NCBI RefSeq assembly: GCF_001194135.2
Contig: NC_068994.1
Span: 903,441 to 967,440, forward strand
Origin: Octopus bimaculoides
Taxonomy: Eukaryota
Direction of reading: 5' to 3'
Length of the DNA stretch: 64,000 nt
Of this stretch, positions 29,220 through 42,900 are shown one piece after another. The notes under the pieces were generated by a model, which was given only the letters and a program-made list of their open reading frames with translations, made no database searches and was not told where the DNA came from. Every line of letters begins with the position of its first letter. The stretch's first letter is position 1. Made by a program: the position numbers and the translations under genes.

Positions 29220-29286
<67 letters not shown>
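29220..29286. repeat. (TA)n microsatellite at the mariner insertion site
   Basis: Directly visible. Other long simple repeats: (AAT)n ~9664-9694, (TAG)n ~33186-33216, (TA)n ~37625-37683, (TG)n ~39593-39636, (AG)n ~39826-39867, (TA)n ~46085-46116, mixed ~53645-53815. Confidence 0.95.
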
Positions 29287-29290
<4 letters not shown>

Positions 29291-30571
29291 GTTGTTCAGA
29301 AAGTTTGTGCCGATTTTTCAAAGAAAGAAAAAGGTCAATAAATACTTACCATTACATTTTTAATCAACCAAATATGAACCATTTTGTTGCACAATGCGTC
29401 TCCATCTTTCCTTTAATTTGAAAATACCCTCTTCCCAGAATTGAGGTGGTTTCATGGCAAAGAATTCATCAAGGTATCTTTTTACATCATCCAAGGAATT
29501 GAAATTTTTACCATTAAGACTATTCTGCTGAGACTTGAATAAGTGGAAATCCAAAGGAGCAATGTCTGGTGAATATGGAGGGTGGGGTAACACATCCCAG
29601 TCGAGCTGCAGCAATTTTTGTCTGGTTACCACAGAAACATGCGGTCTTGCATTATTACATTGGAAAACAACACCCTTCTTGTTGGCCAATTCTGGACATT
29701 TCTCTTGAATTGCTGCTTTTAACTCGTCCAGTTGTGTGCAGTATTTCTCAGAATTAATTGTCTGGTTACTTGGGAGAAGCTCATAGTACAGAATTCCTTT
29801 CTAATCCCACCATACACAAAGCAAGACTTTTTTAGGGTGAAAACCCGCTTTTGGGGTGGTTAAGGGTGGCTCATGTCACTTACTTGAGGATCGCTTTCTC
29901 TGAATATTTCGGTAGATAATCCATTTCTCATCACCTGTCACAATTTGCTTTTAAAAAAGGCGCGTTTTCATTCCGTTTATAAAGCGAATCACAGATGGAA
30001 ATGTGATCCAAAAGGTTCTTCGCACTCAACTCATGTGGTACCCAAACATCGTAGCGATTTGTGTACCCAAGCTTTACCAGGTGCTCATGAACGACGGATT
30101 TTGATAGGTTGAGGCTTTCTGCCAATTCTCGGGTTGTGCAATGTGGGTTATTCTCAATTAATGACTTGATTTGGTCATCATCTGTAGTGGATGGTCTACC
30201 TGATCGCTCTTTATCAATAAGGCTGCAATCTCCAGCTCGGAACCTTGCAAACCACTTCTGTAGAGTTCTTTCAGATAAAGAAACGTCACCGTAAACTGCA
30301 AATATTTCTTTGATTGCTTGTGAGGCATTTTTCCCTTTATGGAAAAAGAAAAACATCAAATGCCGAAAATGAATTTGCTTATCTTCCATTTTAAAGGGTT
30401 ACAGAATTAACACAGGTTATAGGAACATAAACCTTCTTCCACGAAAAGATAGCTTAAACTGTGCTCTAAATGGAAGCGAAGTTAAATCCTATTTTATGCA
30501 CTCAACCATGTTCTAAAATAAGTCGAAAGGTAAGCTACTATAAATTGGCACAAACTTTCCGGACAACCCAA
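29287..30571 (-). mobile_element. Full-length (1285 bp) mariner transposon, inactive
   Basis: 30-bp TIRs (27/30 match, TTGGGTTGT..GAAAGTTTGTGCC) with TA flanks. Transposase at 30389-29360 has WVPHEL and YSPDIAPLDF motifs, a frameshift near 29950, internal stops and HDNA changed to CNNA. Confidence 0.97.
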
Positions 30572-31007
30572 TATATATTTGTAAAGTTAACGGATAAGAT
30601 TGAGAGAATCTATCTATCTATTTAGATATAGATAGAAGACAGTAGTGATCAAAAGATTTGTTCTTACACTCTGAAATCCTTACCGAGGACCAAGTCAATG
30701 GGGTGTAGATTGGCTCTAAGGGGAACCCAAATGAGCAGATAGGGAGAGACAATGATGCAAATAGATAGATCAAACTGCTTGGGTTTGATACATGCATATG
30801 TACTCTGTGTATCAAACCCAAGGAGTTTCAGGTGTTTATTTGCATCATTGGTGTTAGGAAGGGCATCCAGCCATAGAAACCATGTCAAATCAGACTGGAG
30901 TCTGGTGCAGCCTTCCAGCATGCCAGCCCTGGTCAAACAGTCCAACCCATGCCAGCATGGACAGTGGACACTAAATGATGATGATGATGTCTCTCTATAT
31001 ATTTGTA

Positions 31008-31038
<31 letters not shown>

Positions 31039-31569
31039 TTATAATACACACATGCATGTCCAACCCATGCCAGCAGACATTAAATAATGATGATGGTATA
31101 TATACATATACACACATACACACACATGCGTACATGTGTGTGTGTGTGTGTATGTGTATACATGGACACAGACACATGTTGCAATAATCTTCTGAAATTA
31201 ATAATGATGCTTCTGACCTTGCTCCACCCTTCTCTCTCTCTCTCTCCCTCCCTCCCTCACACACACACACACAAAGCACATTTGAGATACCTTTCTGGAA
31301 ACATTCCAATAATTTGACAGAATTAAACAGACTTGTTTTTGTATAATTTTTCTTGTTAACTATTTGACATCATTCTTTGATTGTTGTTGATGAAGTGCAC
31401 AGTAATAGTGGAGGCTTACCAGACAGTGGTTAATTGTGGAAGCATAATCCACCACGTACATAGACACATACACACTACATGATGGACTCTCTCTCTCACT
31501 GTTCTGACAGATGAGGGTTCATCAAGGCACAACTGCACAGTGTAGGACTATAAACAATTTCAATTTCCC

Positions 31570-32050
31570 TATTGTTGTCTTTGTGCAAGGTCAAAGCTGA
31601 AGCTTCCAGTAGTATTTTCTACTTGTCCCCATTACATCTTTCCCCTATCACCACTGGACTTACAAAGAAAGCAGATGGTGTTGGTGCTAGTGTTTTGGTT
31701 TGCTGTACATCTTGTATGATGACTACTATCATGGTGGGCATGGTTTGTGCAGAGCCCAATCCCACTCTCCTGTCTTCCAGACTTGTATTGATCTGGTGTA
31801 ACACATGCCATGAGCCCAGTAGTTATCAGGATGCAGGATTTGTATGGAGTCACCTTCTCTTAGATGACCTGTTAAAGAGCTGAAGGACCTCATTGGCCAT
31901 GGGTCCATTGGTAGGGTCTGTGAGTGACATGCTAATTAAGCCATAGTTGAGAGTTGAATGAGTTCTACTAGACCAGGTCACAACTGACCCGGTGACAATA
32001 ATAGCTAAGAGCTGGTTCTTCATCCTCCCTCAAAGACCCTGAAACTCCCA
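31570..32050 (-). mobile_element. Possible RTE-type LINE endonuclease relic
   Basis: Fragments such as YKSGRQESGIG and MIVVIIQDVQQTKTLAPT loosely match RTE APE motifs; GC above background. Confidence 0.3.
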
Positions 32051-32151
32051 AATGGAGGCCCCACTACTAAATGTACTTCAAGTCATACTCACTATAAACA
32101 TGTGTATAAATTTGCACTACATATACACAATATTCAAGTCACACTACAAAC

Positions 32152-32199
<48 letters not shown>

Positions 32200-33183
32200 A
32201 TAATGTTAGTGTTGTTAGATCTATTGTTATCATTGGTCACCTCCTTGCTGCAACACACATCTCTAAAAGACTTCTTGTTATTTCTGGCCTCATCTCTACC
32301 TTCCTTATCCTGTCATCCTTTGTTGACTTTCAACATCCATTATTGATGGCCATCCAAATGATTCAAGCTGAAACTGCTAAAACTTCATTTTGATGCTCCA
32401 CCATTTACCACTTCTGGAAACATTTTTTACTTGTTTAGAAGGGTTTTGGATAATTGAATATTCTTCTGACAACAGTATACACATGTATGTCCTTTCAGAC
32501 CATCTCTGTGACTAAAAGATTTAAACCCATTGGTAAAAAGCCATTAAAATACTAAAATGACCCCCATTCCTTAAAAAAAAAAAATCATCAGGAAAATTTG
32601 GATATTTTTACTGCTTGAGATGTGTACAAGTTGACTTTTATAAATTTTGATAAGATTGTGTTGAGTTGTAATACTGGGGAATTGATAGATATTGAGACGT
32701 TGGCATTACATAATAAGGATTTAGGATCAACAGAGGGTAAATACAGAAAAAAGGGCAATTGATATGGCAAAGTTGACGTATTTCAATATGCTCTAAATTA
32801 CTGCAAAATACTGTCGTATAAATACACAAAAATTCACTGCTGCAGTATATTATAAAGTGTTGTAACAGAGTGTATATATTAACTACGTATAAACAATTGA
32901 TATGTGTATGAAGGGAAGTAATCAAGTATTTGGTAGGGCAAGAGTCAAACATCCAAGCTTACAATTTACTACATTTACTTTACTCATTAGTTTTTTTTCT
33001 TTTTCTAGAGACTTCTGCCATGTAATATCAGGAAGGCCTGGCATCAGATTATTTATAGAAAATAATCTCCCCCCCTCCCCTCTCTTTCTAATTTTGGCTT
33101 TGTTTGACTCCTTGTCCATAGTGTTGTATTAGTGTAACATTTTCAATATAAGTGGCATATAACCTTGGTCTCATCCTACAGCT

Positions 33184-33228
<45 letters not shown>

Positions 33229-33628
33229 TAGCAGTGATATTGTTGTAGTAGAAGTCATATCAGCAGACACTTAGGATGGTGTTTCCACTTGTCATTAAAA
33301 AAGGTATATTGTGTGTGTGTGCACGCATGCATGTTTGTATGCACATGTATAGTTGTGTGTGTGTTTGTTTACATCTAATGCCCCCTTATTTGAAGGTCAT
33401 GAATGGTCATAGTGTTGGTATTTCTCGTGTTTATATGTCATACATTCACTTTGTGCTTTCAAAGAGAAAGGGTTTAAGAGTTAGTGACAGGGAGGGCACC
33501 AGTTGTAAAACAATGTCTCAATAACATTTGTGTAACCCATGCTAACATGGAAAAATGGATGTAACAATAAATGAAATTATATCTATGTGTATATATACAT
33601 GTATATATATATATATATNNNNNNNNNN

Positions 33629-33866
33629 GGGTGGCACATAAAAGACACCATTTCGAGCGTGGCCGTTTTCGTGTGGGTGACACGTAAAAGCACCCACTAC
33701 ACTCTCTGAGTGGTTGGCGTTAGGAAGGGCATCCAGCTGTAGAAACTCTGCCAAATCAGACTGGAGCCTGGTGTTGCCATCCGGTTTCACCAGTCCTCAG
33801 TCAAATCGTCCAACCCATGCTAGCATGGAAAGCGGACGTTAAACGATGATGATGATGATGATGATA
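33629..33866 (+). mobile_element. Family B retroposon ((GAT)n tail; SINE or LINE 3' end), young copy
   Basis: GCACCCACTACACTC...GGAAGGGCATCCAGCTGTAGAAAC...CCAACCCATGCTAGCATGGAAAGCGGACGTTAAACGATGATG. Other copies at about 17978-18166(+), 28510-28790(-), 30850-30990(+), 36810-37010(+), 38716-38875(-), 49985-50110(-) and 61965-62420(-). Confidence 0.88.
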
Positions 33867-34858
33867 ACATTGTACAGCAATAAACAGTGAGTAAAACTAG
33901 AGAGGTAGTAGACAATGGTTAATTCAGTTTACTACAGATGTTAGATTGCATAATCAAAACTACATCTATGTTTCTAACAAGTTTCTTTCAATTCAGACAA
34001 TGTTTTACTATCTAGATAGTTGTGGAGCTTCTACAGAGCATGACACCACACCCCTCCACTTACCACCTGACTATTATATATAAATCAACCGCATTGACCT
34101 GGCATAAAGTTTGCCAGAATAATGTAAGTGCTTCCTGTCATTAAATAATGGACAACATTTTGAGATAAAACATATTACAAACAAGACAGTTTGTTGTTAA
34201 AGATGATAATGGGATTAGAGTTAGCTTGTTTTGGAGATCAACTGATATTTAGAAATTATTCCCCACAAAACCTATTATTACTGGTTAGATTTGTTGTGAT
34301 ATGTTAGCAGTTTATATCTTCTTCATGTTGTTTTGATTGTTTCAATAAGGAACCGATTGTTAACCATTAGTTTTCAAAACTTCTTTGTTTTTATTTCAAC
34401 TCACCTCCTACTGTCTTCTATGCTCGCTTCCATCACCCCACCCCTATACACAACCCTTCTTCCTTATAACTATTTCCCCCTGGAACTCTTTTCCACGTTT
34501 TTCACTTCAATCATTAAATTACAACATAACCTGTACCACTGGCTATAAATACAAGAAATAGTCGCACCAATAGTTGATAAGCTACTGTTTTGACTACATC
34601 ACTGCCAATCATGACCACCACCATTTATCTTTTATGAAATTTTCAGTGGAGAAATGGTTGGAGTAATATTTCCACATTTATTTCAATTATTTAATTCAAA
34701 TATTAGTTTCACACAAATGTAGAAGTTGATATTGTTCTTTTGATCTAATAAACTGGCCTGCACGGGTCAGCTGTTGGTAAGATTATGATATTGTTTGAAC
34801 GATCCTACAACTAAGATATTTCTCTCTTACCCCTTGTAATTTCTTTAATTTCAGAGAG

Positions 34859-35228
34859 ATGATCGATAAGCAGGTAACAGCGGCAGATGACATCAAGATG
34901 CTCTCACCTGATAGGTGTGCTCACATCCATGGATCTACTGGCCATGCTGCCACAGCAGCTTCTTCATCTTCAGGCCATTCTGCCACAACATCCTCCTCCA
35001 CCACCACTTCCTCCTCCACCTCATCGTCATCATCATCATCATCATCGTCATCGTCATCATCATCTTCATCATCAGCTAATCCTCAAACACCCACATCAAC
35101 TACTCTGGAAATGGCTGACATGCAAACTGCTGGCGAAAGTGGAGGAGTACAATTGGCCACGACTGCAGCTGGAGACACAGCTCTACTAACTGCTGACTTT
35201 AAGAAAAAATATGATAGTGTTGTTGCAG
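34859..35228 (+). CDS. ER: ER coding exon 1 (A/B domain, Ser/Thr-rich with poly-Ser)
   Basis: Acceptor tttaatttcag at 34854, ATG at 34859, donor GCAG|GTTAGT. Phase 1 joins the next exon as ...[12 protein letters not shown]. Confidence 0.85.
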
Positions 35229-37622
35229 GTTAGTATTTATAAGTCAGCCTTATTTTACCGATTTTGTTGAGAGAAGAGAGAGAGTGTGTGTATATGAGAA
35301 TATATATATATATATGGTGTTTATTTGAGGAAGATGCTTCACTTTAAAACCCTTCTTTGCTGGATTGGAGCAACTAGTTTTGTATTAGGTAAGAACCAGG
35401 TAGTAGCACTTGTATTCTTCCTTCTGTATCAATCATTCTTCATATTTAGCTGCTATCACTGATATTGCTATTCTTCTTTGGAGTTCCAGCTCTCCTGTAA
35501 CTGAACTGAAGTAGTTCCCTTCTCATTCCCTGCTGCTCTCATATAAAAAACATACAGAACACTAGAGTTGGCCACTCGGGGGGGGGGGGGAACGGAGAAA
35601 TAATAATAATATTAATCCTTTCTATTATAGGCACAAGGCTTGATATTTTGGGGAAGTGGGTTAGTCCATTACATTGACCCCAGTATTCAACTGGTACTTA
35701 TTTCATCGACCCGGAAAGAATGAAAGGCAAAGTTGACCTCAGTGGAATTTGAACTTAGAACATAGTGACGGGCGGAATACCGCTAAGCATTCCATTCAGT
35801 GTGCTAATAATAATTCTGCCAGCTCACAGCCTTAATAACAACAACGATGATGATGATGATGATGATAAGCATATTGTATACAGTACTCAGATACTCATAA
35901 TGGTAACCCTGCTGAGGATGATGTTTGCTGGGGTTAATATGAAGCCATTGTAATAAAATGTATGTTTGGTATTGGCACCAAGAGGGAGAACACAAGATCC
36001 TCTTTGTAGTTACGAGGTTATGATAGAAATAATAGGCATACCTTCTTCGGATGACAACCTTCTGTCAGGCATGTATATATGAAGGAGCCAACTGAAGAGC
36101 TGTCTACAATGGGAGCTAGACCTAAGTAGAAAGTGTAGCCAAATCTCTGTCAAGCTACACTGTTTTGCCTTATGCATGTATACATGGTATGTGAACGAAT
36201 GAGGAAATCTTCTACCTGATAGCTTGACCTGATAGAAATAGTAATCAAATCACCCTCAAATCATGCCTTATTGTCTTATGTATGGATATATGAGCCAAAA
36301 GTGACCTTGTAGAAGTAAAAGCTTAATCACATTCAAGCTTCACCCTATCTTAGACACATATGCATACACATAAATGAATATAGGAGTAAATGTAAGGACA
36401 AGCAAGTTGATATACAAAAAATGTACACATAAAAAAAAAGTCTTTAAACTCCATTTTGTCAACCCCTCAAATGTAAAATTCTTCCCTGAAGACAGAAGCT
36501 GGTGTTATCTGATGATGGAATCAAATTACTATCATTATTTGGGACCACCAAGCCCCCCCAAAACAGCTGGACTCGTAAAACTCCTACTCAACCTCTTTAA
36601 TTCTTGATATCCTTTCTTTTCTGTGTAAGTCGGACTTTTCTTTTTTACATTTTTTTGTATTAAATGTATTCAATATTTTTTGTACATCGATTTGCCAAAC
36701 GTGCTTGTCCTTACAGTTATTCTCTGTCTGCTCAAGTTCAAATCTCTTGAGCACTACAAAGTGTTTTCTCTACAGAGAATACCCGTCTCTAATCTATCAA
36801 CTATAGTTCCACCTGACTGGCTCCCGTGCTGGTGGCACGTAAAAAGCACCCACTACACTCTTGGAGTGGTTGGCATTAGGAAGGGCATCTAGCTGTAGTA
36901 ACCATGCCAGATCAGATTGGAGCCTGGTGCAGCCTCCTGGCTTGCCAGTCCTCAGTCAAACTGTCCAACCCATGCCAGCATGGAAAGCAGACGTTAAACG
37001 ATGATGATGATACACATGAGATTTGTTCCAAAAGAAACCAGAAGTTAAAAAAAATCTAAGTTATTGTTTTACTTACAATTTAATCAGACTTATTACAGTC
37101 AAAACAGCCCTTGGTCCCAGACTATCAATAAACTGCTCCCAACATTTCCCCCCAGTTTTGAAACAACTTGTTGAACATGAGTGTAGTGTTCAGTTGCCTG
37201 TACCCTATAATTCTTGGGGGTAGTGTACAGTTTACTGTCTGATGATGATGATGAACAAATGTCCTTGCAATCAAAGACCTCACTTTTAATGGATTATGTT
37301 GAGTGACTAGAGGTGGGTGTTTTACTAAAAGGTACACCTGTGTTGGCATTAGCATTGATGATGGTGATGGTAGATGGCAGGTGAGAGGTAATCAGGAGAC
37401 AACACAGAGCAGTCATCGTTGGAAAGTGAAAGTTGAAAATAGGACGTTGAGAAAAATGAGCCATTATTCAGCGAAAAGAAAAGTCGATATTTTAGCCAAT
37501 GAAATCTTGGTGTAAAGCACCCAGACCTAGCTATGTGAATCACTAATGACTTACAATGTCACGGGTGAAGGGACCATATGATAGTAACTATCATTCTTCT
37601 TGTGTACTACTAACAATACAGA

Positions 37623-37688
<66 letters not shown>

Positions 37689-39591
37689 TGGCTGGTATTA
37701 CTATATAATGTAGACACCATCAAACCATTGAAGGAATCTCTGTAGAGTCATTCAAGCTGTGAGAAATAGCAACCAATTATTCCCAGCATTATAAAAAGTA
37801 AAGGACACATTGAATAAAATAATTGTAAATAAAACAGATGGTCACAACTGGACTGTCTTTGATGAAAGGTCTGCTCTTTTAGAGATTACCTATGATTAAA
37901 TAACTATATAGAAAATAAATATACCATGACACACTGTTAGACTATATTAGTGTCATTGTGTAGCTAGGAGTATGCTATTATTGATGATACTCAGCCTCCT
38001 CCATGCTCCAAATGCTTTCTGCTCCCAATTACCATCCTACTCTGTTGACACCAAGAACATGGTTCATAAAAAGACAAACCTATCAACCCATTACCGTATT
38101 CAACTTTGCTATTTTCTTATCTGGGAATTCTTTTCTCCGCAATTCAACTCAACCAGACATGGAAACCTCAGCAGTTTCATCATCCAGGGTATCATGTCTT
38201 AGAAAATAATCTTAAACTATTATGTTGTTGGTTTTTTTGATGTTACTAAGGTTTACAACACTACATTTGTTTAACTGAATAGGAAAGCATATTAAAAATA
38301 AAATATTAACTTACGACCATTCTTAACAGAAGTAGATTTCACATATTATAGAATGGAAACAATTCTTTGTGAGCATGTTTGGTGTATAAATTCTCCAACT
38401 GGATGGGACGCTCATCCGTTGCAGGATTTCTCATTTTTGCCAGCTGAGTGGAACTGGAGCAATGTGAAATGAAGTGTTTTGCTCAAGAACACAATGCATC
38501 GCCCAGTCCATGAAACAACAATCTTACAATCATGAGTCCAACACCCTAACCACAAAGCCATGCGTCTCCACATGACACAGTAGTGTGTTACAAGGAAATG
38601 AGACAGTGCTAGGTTACCATGACATGAAACAGTGTGTGTTACTACAACATGGGACTGGACTGTGTTACTATGACATACGAAAGTAGAATGTTAGTGTGAC
38701 ATGGGACAGCAACATCATCACCACCATTAAATATCCATTTTCCATACTGGCATGGGTTGGATGGCTTGACAGGAACTGGCAAGGCCAAGTTCCACTGCCT
38801 GTTTTGGCTGGATGCCCTTCCTCATGCTAGTCTCTCCATTGAGGGCTTTTTACATGGCACCAGCACCCACACAATACTTTTTATCTAGCACCTTAGTTTT
38901 AGGATCTCAATTCTGTTGTGGTGGGCAGGTCGAGCACAGCAATGCACCACATATCTCAGTCCTCTCTCATCTCCTTCAGTGTTATCTTATTTAAAGTTTT
39001 CTTCTGTTATCATAAACAGAACAAAATTTCTCTATACATTTTTCTTGAGATTTAGTGAAAACTAATTATGTTGTAGTTTGCAGGAAGCAGGTTAGATTTG
39101 ATGAAAGTAACTGTCATATTTGAGTTAGTCTGGTGGCAGTGTTGTGTGAGGAAGCTTATGGAGACATAGTACTGTGACAATATCAAGGAGTGCCATAGGA
39201 GATTGCTTTTAATATTTACATCTCAAAGAACACTTAATTTATGGGCAAGAGGTCATTATCCTAACCCTACTGTTTTCCCGTCCCCTTTTGCTTCTAGCCT
39301 CAACTTTATACAGGTTGTTGGATGTTTGTGGGGGACCATGGTGGCTGCTGTTGTTGTTAGGGTCGTTTAGATGGAACTGAAAGAAAGCACAATGGTTGTA
39401 GAAATATTAAGATGGCAACTTTGATTTTCAGAGATGTTTCCTTCGATTTTATATTTTTATTTACATTTACATTTATTCTTTTATACATGCTGCTAGTCCT
39501 CCATAGGCCGATGACAAATCCAAAAAGTAAGTTTCTCATACTTGGGCTGGTATTTGTTTCTTTGTAGAAAGTACAACACACACACACACAT

Positions 39592-39638
<47 letters not shown>

Positions 39639-39821
39639 GTACTCTGTTGTTTACTGCAAATATTACACTGTTGACATCACAGGCACAGGTTATCAATAAT
39701 GATTACCATATATGATTGCTAACAGTAACAAGTTTAATACTGTGATGTATATATATGTTTATGCAGGTGTGTGTGTGTGTGTGTGTATTAAACATACATA
39801 TTGAAAAATATATTCTCACAC

Positions 39822-39871
<50 letters not shown>

Positions 39872-39954
39872 AGGTTGTTTCTTTATGAAAATATAATTTG
39901 TAAATATTAGCAGAAAATATGTGAACTTTGGAAATCTTGTAAATTGTGTGTGTG

Positions 39955-39996
<42 letters not shown>

Positions 39997-42900
39997 AATA
40001 TTCTATAATTATANNNNNNNNNNAGTTGCAATGTACATCCGAGAAGATGTCACACCCCTACTACTCCTATCACACTCAAACTCTGTCTGTGACACGTTAA
40101 TAGTACACATAAAAAACCAATTGATGTAGTTGTATGCTCAACATACCATTCACTAAATACTGCAAAGCAGGAGGGTAAAATTGAGGATAGCCTCAGACAC
40201 ATAGAAGAGGTCTTGACAAATCTGGACCAANNNNNNNNNNGCTTCACCACATACCGAATTTAGAAATAGGAGTTAAAAATTCCTTTTCTAATACTATAAA
40301 AATCTAGAGTATGCCGTACTCCGAACAGACAGAAAAGGCAGAAGTCATGGCGGAGTTGCAATGTACATCCGAGAAGATGTCACACCCCTACTACTCCTAT
40401 CACACTCAAACTCTGTCTGTGACACGTTAATAGTACACATAAAAAACCAATTGATGTAGTTGTATGCTCAACATACCATTCACTAAATACTGCAAAGCAG
40501 GAGGGTAAAATTGAGGATAGCCTCAGACACATAGAAGAGGTCTTGACAAATCTGGACCAACACATCAATATACTTTTCCTAGGCGACTTTAACCTCCCAA
40601 ATGTTAAATGGCCTGAAGGTCACATCTTCTCTGGGATGTCACTGCATGAACAAAGCCAGACAAAATCTTTGTTAGAACTCTCCAGCATGTTGTTCATGGA
40701 ACAAGTGATACTCCAACCAACCAGGGGAAGCAATATTTTAGATATCTGCTTCACAAACAATGTGAGTCTAATCCATAATGTGAAAGTAACACCTCTTTCA
40801 GATCATAACATTATAGAATTAACAATACATGGTCGTAGACAACCCACTGACACCCACTCCATCAGGAGGACTCAAGCCATATCCAACCTGAATTTCCACA
40901 GGGCAGACTGGAAGTCATTTTCTGTCAACCATACAAAATATATGCACCAAATATGTGCCAGAAAGAAAGGCCAGCAAACATGCCAATAAATGTAACTGAG
41001 GGTGTCAAGATACCTACATTGCTAAAAATAAGAGCTAAAATGCTCTAATGCATGGTTGTTTATATATTTATTTTTTTTATACACATCAGTGGTTCACTAA
41101 ATCATCTCATACATTTTTATGGTAAATACACATATGTTGTCAGTGGATTAAGCCTGGAATTAGCTGAATGAGAAGTCCTTACTGAAGAGGCTCTGGAAAT
41201 AGCCAAAACTGAACTTTCAATCTAGGGAATTCTCGAGTTGGTGTTTTCGGGCAATTGCAGCCCAGTGCATTTCTTTCGCTCCAGTTTCATGATAAAACTG
41301 TCAGTCAGTGACTACGACAGCTTCCTCTGCTACCGGATTATCTAAGTAACTATCTTCTGCTGTACTTCAACAGATATTTTGATAATTTCACTGACTCTTT
41401 CCTAATGGACCAGGTGCATTCCCTCCCTTCGTATTCTTAATTGTGCTTGCTACGATATTGATGTCCACTTCAATGGCTCATCTCTCTGTTACATCTTCTT
41501 CAGGTAGACTCTCACCTGAAGACTATACATTCTCTTCATTTAACAGCTTCTCATAGCCTCTCATATGAGCAGTTCTATGACTCTTCCACATTAGTAGTGT
41601 CAGAATTAGCAGATGTAATGTTATCACTCTTGATACACTTATCTACGAATATGTTTCAGTTCTCTTTGCTACACTGCCTTGCAATCAGGAATACCCCCTT
41701 AAATATATGGTCATTGCAGTATGTGTGTGTGTGTGTGCATTTGTGCACATGCTCATAGACACACATGAACAAACACACACACAAGCTTATGAAGAAATTG
41801 TTTGAATTTGATTGAAGAGAAATACAAAGATTGAGAGAGATTGGTTGGAAATTTTGATGCGTGTAAAAAATAGATTTATGACGGTGGAGGTAAAATGGAG
41901 ATTGATTGTATCTCACACACAATGTTGTGTGAAGTTTGCAAGATTAAGCAACATAGGACTTGTAACAGAGCAAAGACTAGGACAGGTCCCCCCACCTCAC
42001 TCACTCTTAATCAATCTAAGTCACTTGTGAGGTAGACAAACATTTTCAGAGGCCTGACTTGCAGTCAAATCTGTTGGTCCAAATCAGGTTTAACAGGGTG
42101 TATTAGCAAGTCACATAGCAGTGGTAATCAACAAATTCATTCAAGAGCTGCAACACAACTTGCAGATAAGCAACAGGTCTAAAAAGTTAGTGTAGAGTCC
42201 ATGACAAAGAGGTAGTCCATCGGGGGAAGGGGGTCATACACAGCAGTCACCAACCACAAAGCACGTGTGTGTGTGTGTGTGTGTGCATGTGCCTACATAT
42301 TGTATATGCATATATTTATTTATTTGAAGTTGAGGTTTCATTTTGTTACAACTCAGACTGTATAAATAAGCAAGAATAATGAATGATTTAATAAAAAAAC
42401 TCTGTACACATACAAATATTCAAAACTGTATAGTGTAATGAGTAAATTAAACTAGTCTGTATTTCTTTCTGTGCCATCATTATAAAGAATAATACATCTA
42501 CCCATCAGATGAGAACATAGCTGCCTCCTTCCAGATATGTTGAATGGATTGTTATGATGTGATTTCAGCTTGTATTTAGAGTTAGTGACTCTCTAGAGAT
42601 GTCTCAGTCTCCCCTTTTGTTCACAGCCTATTTTGGCTGCTGTAATGAGGCTCTATTAACATAAATATTACATGTTGTGAATGTGTTTTCAATTGATAAA
42701 GTGTGTGTTGGTGTATCATCTTCTGTTGTAGGTAGTAGCACGGGTAACACTACCAGGTTATGTCAGGTGTGTGATGACAATGCTTCAGGATTTCATTATG
42801 GTGTATGGTCTTGTGAAGGTTGTAAAGCTTTCTTTAAACGAAGTATTCAAGGTAAGTGATTTAGTTTCTCATTCTTGATTCTCCTTTTTGCTACAGTAAT

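Noticed and set aside
31975-31990. AGGTCAcaacTGACCC palindrome
   Set aside because: The spacer is 4 nt rather than the 3 nt of an ERE, and it lies in a probable retroelement relic.
34887-35189. His/Pro-rich 100-aa ORF overlapping ER exon 1
   Set aside because: Alternative frame of the (TCA)n poly-Ser repeat; it does not connect to the DBD exon.
40024-40230. Exact 207-bp duplicate of 40354-40560 (LINE endonuclease)
   Set aside because: 100% identical and bounded by two 10-N gaps, so most likely a misplaced contig fragment rather than a real duplication.
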